In this document: in pieces, positions 34,711 to 37,977 of the stretch | How the letters are laid out: the number at the start of each line of letters is the position of its first letter | How positions within the stretch are numbered: the stretch's first letter is position 1 | Translations under genes and position numbers: made by a program | IMG/VR virus record: IMGVR_UViG_3300011688_000001 | Span: 1-37,977 of that record | Reading direction: 5' to 3' (one strand) | Length of the DNA stretch: 37,977 bases | From: a virus | The notes under the pieces: model-generated | What the model was told of the DNA's origin: nothing | The model's input: only the letters and a program-made list of their open reading frames with translations | Databases searched by the model: none

Positions 34711-34761
34711 CCAAACAAAAGGTCCAACATGCGTATCTGTTTTAGATTCGCAAGTTGGACC
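34711..34761 (-). terminator. Strong hairpin GGUCCAAC...GUUGGACC (+ inner UGCG/CGCA) followed by UUUUGUUU, directly before the SD of the 34703 gene
   Basis: Perfect 8-bp stem at 34721-34728 / 34754-34761, read directly from the sequence. Confidence 0.55.
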
Positions 34762-34777
34762 GCGTATTTTATGTACT

Positions 34778-34818
34778 AAAAACCGCCGTTAGATTTAACT
34801 AACTAGCGGTTTTTGTTT
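34778..34818. terminator. Bidirectional terminator after the hdeD-like gene
   Basis: Two-part stem ACCGC/GCGGT plus GTTAG/CTAAC, flanked by A and T tracts. Confidence 0.6.
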
Positions 34819-34821
34819 AGA

Positions 34822-35358
34822 CTAATTTTTTAATGTAAAATAATGGATTAACTTGAAAATACCAATAACCAGTAATGTGATTCCAAAGAATGTCCATACA
34901 ACCAAACCACCCCAAATCGGGCTAAACAAAATACTTGCACCACCTAGTATACTGATGAAGGCTAATATTGTAGACCAGGTTTTGTTTGTCGCTAATTTAT
35001 TTAAAATAAACAACTGAACAAATCCTTCGACCAACCAAGTTATACCAGTTAATATACCAACGACCAGAATAAGCGATATCGCAGCTGATTGCATATCCAC
35101 AAAAATAAAAATTCCGGCTACAAGATAAATTACTGAAACGATCAGGTTGCCTAATCTTGCCATAGCATTTTCTGCATCTCTTCTAAACACAGAAATTAGC
35201 TTAAAAAGACCAACAGCAATCAAAACAGCACCAATCATGCCGGCAACAGCTCCGGCACTTAGAGTTGGTAAAAATACTATAAGTGCACCGATAATAGTAG
35301 ATATCAACCCATCAAATCCTATAGTTCTCCGTACTTTTGTAAAAAATTCCTCAGACAT
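34822..35358 (-). CDS. HdeD/DUF308-family membrane protein
   Basis: About 178 aa with six predicted TM helices in DUF308-like repeats. SD GAGGGAG before the ATG at 35358. Confidence 0.6.
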   Translation of the reverse strand: MSEEFFTKVRRTIGFDGLISTIIGALIVFLPTLSAGAVAGMIGAVLIAVGLFKLISVFRRDAENAMARLGNLIVSVIYLVAGIFIFVDMQSAAISLILVVGILTGITWLVEGFVQLFILNKLATNKTWSTILAFISILGGASILFSPIWGGLVVWTFFGITLLVIGIFKLIHYFTLKN

Positions 35359-35388
35359 AAGCTTCTCCCTCATAATGTGATTAGAACC

Positions 35389-35417
35389 ATTATATCTCAA
35401 TTAGTCGTTAATTACAA
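35389..35417 (-). promoter_or_regulatory. Sigma-70-type promoter TTGTAA-17-TATAAT for the hdeD-like gene
   Basis: Hexamers and spacing read directly from the minus strand. Confidence 0.6.
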
Positions 35418-35740
35418 AAATGTTAGCCTAATAAAAGGCACCTGTTAAGGTTCAGTTATGTACGCAATCGCAGGCAAGCGACTGCTATTAAGTTATGCGG
35501 ACGTACCGCAATTGGCAGGGTAAGGATTTGCACCTTACAAACGATATTTCTAACCCAGTTGCTCATGTAAGGTACTGGAGCGGTCTGTTCCGCGACCTGT
35601 CATAATGATAGATATTTCAACCTATCTATTTTAGATTACCACTAATCTTTGTTCTTGCAAGTGTGTGCAACGTCGCTTTAGGGTGCGATAACCCATAACG
35701 TAAGTCACGCCGTAGCATGTGTGAACGATTCTCTCAATCA
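35418..35740 (-). ncRNA. Candidate structured non-coding RNA / long leader (about 320 nt), family not recognised
   Basis: No SD-preceded ORF. Many stable hairpins, one with a G.U pair only in the minus-strand sense. Bracketed by an upstream promoter and the hdeD-like promoter. Confidence 0.4.
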
Positions 35741-35744
35741 TTCG

Positions 35745-35753
35745 ATAATACCA
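35745..35753 (-). promoter_or_regulatory. Extended -10 element TGGTATTAT
   Basis: Read directly from the minus strand, just downstream of the ArpU-gene terminator and palindrome. Confidence 0.45.
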
Positions 35754-35782
35754 ATTTACACCCATTTTTATGCACAAAACTG

Positions 35783-35811
35783 CATAAAAACCGCAGTATT
35801 ATAGGACTGCG
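35783..35811 (-). terminator. Intrinsic terminator at the end of the ArpU-like gene (CGCAGU-N8-ACUGCG + GUUUUUAU)
   Basis: The stop codon lies in the loop. 6-bp stem plus a U tract. Confidence 0.6.
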
Positions 35812-36191
35812 CCTAATATGTGTTTTACTTCTGTACGCCAAGCGATTGCTGTTCTTTCGGATATGTGAAACTGCTGTGCTACCTTTACCCACGTGACAGA
35901 CTTGCTTGCATAATAATACGCAACTACTTTCTGCTTGTCAGGCTCAAAAGTTGCTATCCAGCGTTCGACATCTTCCTTTTGCTTAACCAACGTCTGTAGT
36001 GTCTTATCGCTTTCCAAGCGTATCATCATGTCGTCTAGCGGCCTTGCGTGTTTATTAAGCGCTTTACCACCGCCGATGTTTTCATCGGTTGGCCCACGAT
36101 CGTTTCGCAACTCATATTCGCGTTGTCTAATTTTTAAATCGAGACGACCAGAGAAGTAGTCTCTCAAAATACTATCTATCCTATCTGCCAT
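35799..36191 (-). CDS. ArpU-family late transcriptional regulator
   Basis: 130 aa. C-terminal sigma-region-4-like HTH: VTWVKVAQQFHISERTAIAWRTEV. Sits at the end of the early region, before the packaging genes. Confidence 0.65.
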   Translation of the reverse strand: MADRIDSILRDYFSGRLDLKIRQREYELRNDRGPTDENIGGGKALNKHARPLDDMMIRLESDKTLQTLVKQKEDVERWIATFEPDKQKVVAYYYASKSVTWVKVAQQFHISERTAIAWRTEVKHILGAVL

Positions 36192-36270
36192 GATCGCCTT
36201 TCTTACATTGCGTTCTAACCCACCTAATTTGTGGTATAACGCGTTTTAATTGCACAGGTGTGTAAATGTG

Positions 36271-36378
36271 TCACTTGTGATTAACTTGTTCTAAAACGAC
36301 TTTAAGAACTAATACAAATCCGACCATTAGAGTTGCTAACTGCAAAACGTCTCTTAGGTTATTTCCGATTTCAATCAT
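36271..36378 (-). CDS. Small membrane peptide (35 aa; not in track)
   Basis: SD GAGGTG 6 nt upstream of the ATG at 36378. Hydrophobic core LATLMVGFVLVLKVVL. Confidence 0.35.
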   Translation of the reverse strand: MIEIGNNLRDVLQLATLMVGFVLVLKVVLEQVNHK

Positions 36379-36381
36379 GAT

Positions 36382-36594
36382 TTACACCTCGTCTTCTAAC
36401 AAAACTGGCAACAAACCGACAGCTTGACCACCATATCGTTTAGCTGTATCAAAAACATATTCCTTTGAAAACCAAAAGGCATCTCTTACTTGTAACGTAA
36501 TTTTGTACTTTGATACAGATAAAATTGACGCGTTATGATCTTTTGCTAGATAGCCGTTACCGATTTTTACAGCATATGCAACATATTCTTTCAT
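36382..36594 (-). CDS. Hypothetical protein (70 aa)
   Basis: SD AAGGAG before the ATG at 36594. Confidence 0.5.
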   Translation of the reverse strand: MKEYVAYAVKIGNGYLAKDHNASILSVSKYKITLQVRDAFWFSKEYVFDTAKRYGGQAVGLLPVLLEDEV

Positions 36595-36639
36595 TTCATC
36601 TCCTTGATAAACGCACAACTCCACAAAAATTCCAGATTT

Positions 36640-36648
36640 TGTTATAAT
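36640..36648 (+). promoter_or_regulatory. Perfect extended -10 TGTTATAAT for the plus-strand small gene
   Basis: Read directly from the sequence, 31 nt upstream of the ATG at 36680. Confidence 0.55.
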
Positions 36649-36679
36649 CAGGGCAACAAAATATTATTTAGAGGAACTC

Positions 36680-36886
36680 ATGTCTAATAGCTTATTTATG
36701 GTTTATACTTTTTTATTTCTTAGCGTCATCTTATTGACAATCTGTTTAGTATTTGGTGTTTTAACCAAAAGTCGAGGTACCATTGTGATATCTTCAGTAG
36801 GTATCGGCTTACAATCACTTGTCATTTTAATGTTCAGATTTTTATTATTTGCAGGAATGCAAATCGGTAATTTGTATATTGGATGA
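36680..36886 (+). CDS. Small hydrophobic membrane protein (68 aa), antisense to the early lytic operon
   Basis: SD GAGGAA 4 nt before the ATG. Two or three predicted TM segments. The only plus-strand gene outside the lysogeny module. Confidence 0.6.
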   Translation: MSNSLFMVYTFLFLSVILLTICLVFGVLTKSRGTIVISSVGIGLQSLVILMFRFLLFAGMQIGNLYIG

Positions 36887-36894
36887 TATAGTAC

Positions 36895-37044
36895 CTACTT
36901 TCCATAGTCGCGAATCACAATCGCTTTCTTGTCTGGCGATGTAAGTGAAAATGTCGCATTCAAATTACCGGCTTTTTCTTTAGCTTCGGCTAGCGTGTCA
37001 AATTTGTATTTTGTTTCGCCGTCAATTCTCGCGTCATATTTCAT
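36895..37044 (-). CDS. Small hypothetical protein (49 aa; not in track)
   Basis: The ATG at 37044 overlaps the RusA-like stop (ATGAAATATGA). Sequence MKYDARIDGETKYKFDTLAEAKEKAG... Confidence 0.4.
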   Translation of the reverse strand: MKYDARIDGETKYKFDTLAEAKEKAGNLNATFSLTSPDKKAIVIRDYGK

Positions 37045-37513
37045 GCGTTGCCTCCATCTCATAAATTTCTAACCTAGGGTTCACCTTGTCTACATAAAAG
37101 TCATGGTCGAACCCTTTTATATTTTTCACGTTGTCATTGTCCAAGAACACGCGCTTTCCAATCTGTGCTTTCTGCATACCATCAAAGATGAACTTCTGCG
37201 TAAACGTCCAGTTATCAGGGTCAATACGTCTGTCTGGCAGATACCAATCAAACTTTAACTTTGTTGGCCATGAGAACGATACATTATCAGTAATTGCTTG
37301 TAAAAAAACGTTTCTGGCATAGGCAGTAGCTGTCTTTTTTAATTTAGCAGCGATAAAACGATTTTTACGTTCAGCTTCAATGTATTTATTGAGTGTGAAC
37401 TGCCTTAGTATATTTGGATCTAGTATCACCTTATCCATGTACTCATCACACAATCCGCAATGCTTCTTTAAATCCGAACTCGCTACGTTTCTTTTCTGAT
37501 CTACCTTTTCCAA
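37034..37513 (-). CDS. RusA-like Holliday junction resolvase (start uncertain)
   Basis: C-terminal half LPDRRIDPDNWTFTQKFIFDGMQ...FLDNDNV aligns by eye with the E. coli RusA motif PDRRRRDLDNLQKAAFDAL...DD. No good SD at the TTG at 37513. Confidence 0.5.
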   Translation of the reverse strand: MEKVDQKRNVASSDLKKHCGLCDEYMDKVILDPNILRQFTLNKYIEAERKNRFIAAKLKKTATAYARNVFLQAITDNVSFSWPTKLKFDWYLPDRRIDPDNWTFTQKFIFDGMQKAQIGKRVFLDNDNVKNIKGFDHDFYVDKVNPRLEIYEMEATHEI

Positions 37514-37619
37514 CTGTTTTTGAAATCAAGTTATCATTTATATACCGTCGGCATGCGATTGCGTCGCCCACAAAGTAAATATTTTTAGTCTGCGTTCCGA
37601 CTACCTTTTGCTGTGTCAT
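37446..37619 (-). CDS. Short ORF (57 aa) with strong SD, overlapping the RusA-like frame; possibly its true 5' end
   Basis: SD AGGAG 7 nt before the ATG at 37619. Overlaps the RusA-frame ORF by about 68 nt in a different frame. Confidence 0.4.
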   Translation of the reverse strand: MTQQKVVGTQTKNIYFVGDAIACRRYINDNLISKTVGKGRSEKKRSEFGFKEALRIV

Positions 37620-37670
37620 TGTTTTCTCCTATATTCAATCTATGCACCCTAGCAATGCGCTCATCTATCT

Positions 37671-37961
37671 TTATGCCATTGATATGGTACTTAAAAACGT
37701 TTCAATACCGAGTGAGTGCGCTTCATTATGGTGTATTCTGCATAACTGTACTGCTCGGTGTTTCAAGTGATTTGTTTTGCGTCTATCTACACCTTGACCA
37801 ATCGTGTCTAAATGGTGGAGGTCGCTTGGCTTCTTACCACATATCACACAACACTTATTCATCAGACAAGCATATTCAAAATGTGCGACATCTTCCGGTT
37901 CTAATGCGTCCAGTGGTTTAAAACTCAAAGGCACGTTGTGGTCGGCCACGAAGTCCAGCAT
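37671..37961 (-). CDS. HNH/zinc-finger nuclease-like domain protein (probable C-terminal half of a DUF968-like gene)
   Basis: Motif set CCVICGKK...DLHHLD...CRIHHNEAH. Confidence 0.6.
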   Translation of the reverse strand: MLDFVADHNVPLSFKPLDALEPEDVAHFEYACLMNKCCVICGKKPSDLHHLDTIGQGVDRRKTNHLKHRAVQLCRIHHNEAHSLGIETFLSTISMA

Positions 37962-37977
37962 GAATGTGATGAGACCG
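37691..37977. repeat. Terminal direct repeat copy 2
   Basis: Identical to 1-287. Confidence 0.97.

Larger units (their letters stand above)
1..37690. mobile_element. Complete temperate siphovirus-like phage / excised prophage genome (unit length 37,690 bp; window overlaps itself)
   Basis: Full modular gene set is present: lysogeny, switch, recombination/replication, late regulator, packaging, head, tail, lysis, attP. The first 287 bases repeat exactly at the window end. Confidence 0.9.

Noticed and set aside
35521-35545. GGTGCAAATCC resembles the GGTGnnAAnnCC element of cobalamin riboswitches.
   Set aside because: There is no B12 box (GCCACTG-like) and no surrounding consensus (AGGGAA etc.). 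The downstream gene has no link to cobalamin.
35514-35602. Possible tRNA gene on the minus strand. It has a T-arm-like TAAGG-TGCAAAT-CCTTA followed by CCCTGCC-A, plus GCGG/CCGC and CCAGT/ACTGG stems in cloverleaf order.
   Set aside because: The acceptor stem has only 5 of 7 pairs, with A.C and U.C mismatches. The D-loop is 6 nt with no GG. The 'anticodon' loop is 14 nt, and the T-loop has G at position 55. I do not call it a tRNA and report it only as part of the structured-RNA candidate.

Overview
The window is one complete, circularly closed genome of a temperate siphovirus-type phage or excised prophage. Gene content looks like phages of Lactobacillales or other low-GC Firmicutes, but the host cannot be determined from sequence alone. 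Bases 1-287 are identical to 37691-37977, so the unit length is 37,690 bp and the window wraps around.

Nearly all lytic genes are on the minus strand. Read through the wrap point, their order is:
- cro-like gene, antirepressor and small early genes
- replisome organizer with internal iterons
- DUF1351, ERF and SSB
- a split DUF968/HNH-like gene and a RusA-like gene
- an ArpU-like late regulator
- an accessory island
- terS, terL, portal, minor head, scaffold and capsid
- head-tail joining genes, tail, tape measure, Dit and a 1771-aa tail/receptor-binding protein
- an XhlA-like gene, an LL-H-type holin and an amidase endolysin

The plus strand carries the lysogeny module at 5886-9354. It comprises an XRE repressor, an ImmA-like metalloprotease, an Ltp-like exclusion protein, a DUF4352/DUF5067-like membrane protein and a tyrosine integrase, followed by attP. 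One isolated small membrane-protein gene also lies on the plus strand at 36680-36886.

Points most worth follow-up:
1. About 440 nt of ORF-free, hairpin-dense sequence lies between the ArpU-like gene and the packaging genes. It has its own terminator, palindrome and extended -10, and two further terminators follow it. It is a candidate late-leader, antitermination or other structured RNA.
2. An AT-rich accessory island sits just upstream of terS. It contains a stand-alone Mre11-like metallophosphoesterase with an HTH-like N-terminal extension and several small membrane proteins.
3. A Y-family polymerase / YolD-like operon next to attP has a perfect GAAC-N4-GTTC SOS box inside its promoter. Separate csbD-like and hdeD-like stress genes each form their own moron.
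4. The genetic switch has face-to-face promoters, each with an operator filling the spacer.
5. A promoter/hairpin leader cassette is reiterated in front of the lysogenic-conversion genes.
6. A small acidic protein overlaps a short HTH gene, which resembles acr-aca architecture.

All functional calls rest on motif recognition by eye. No database search was run.
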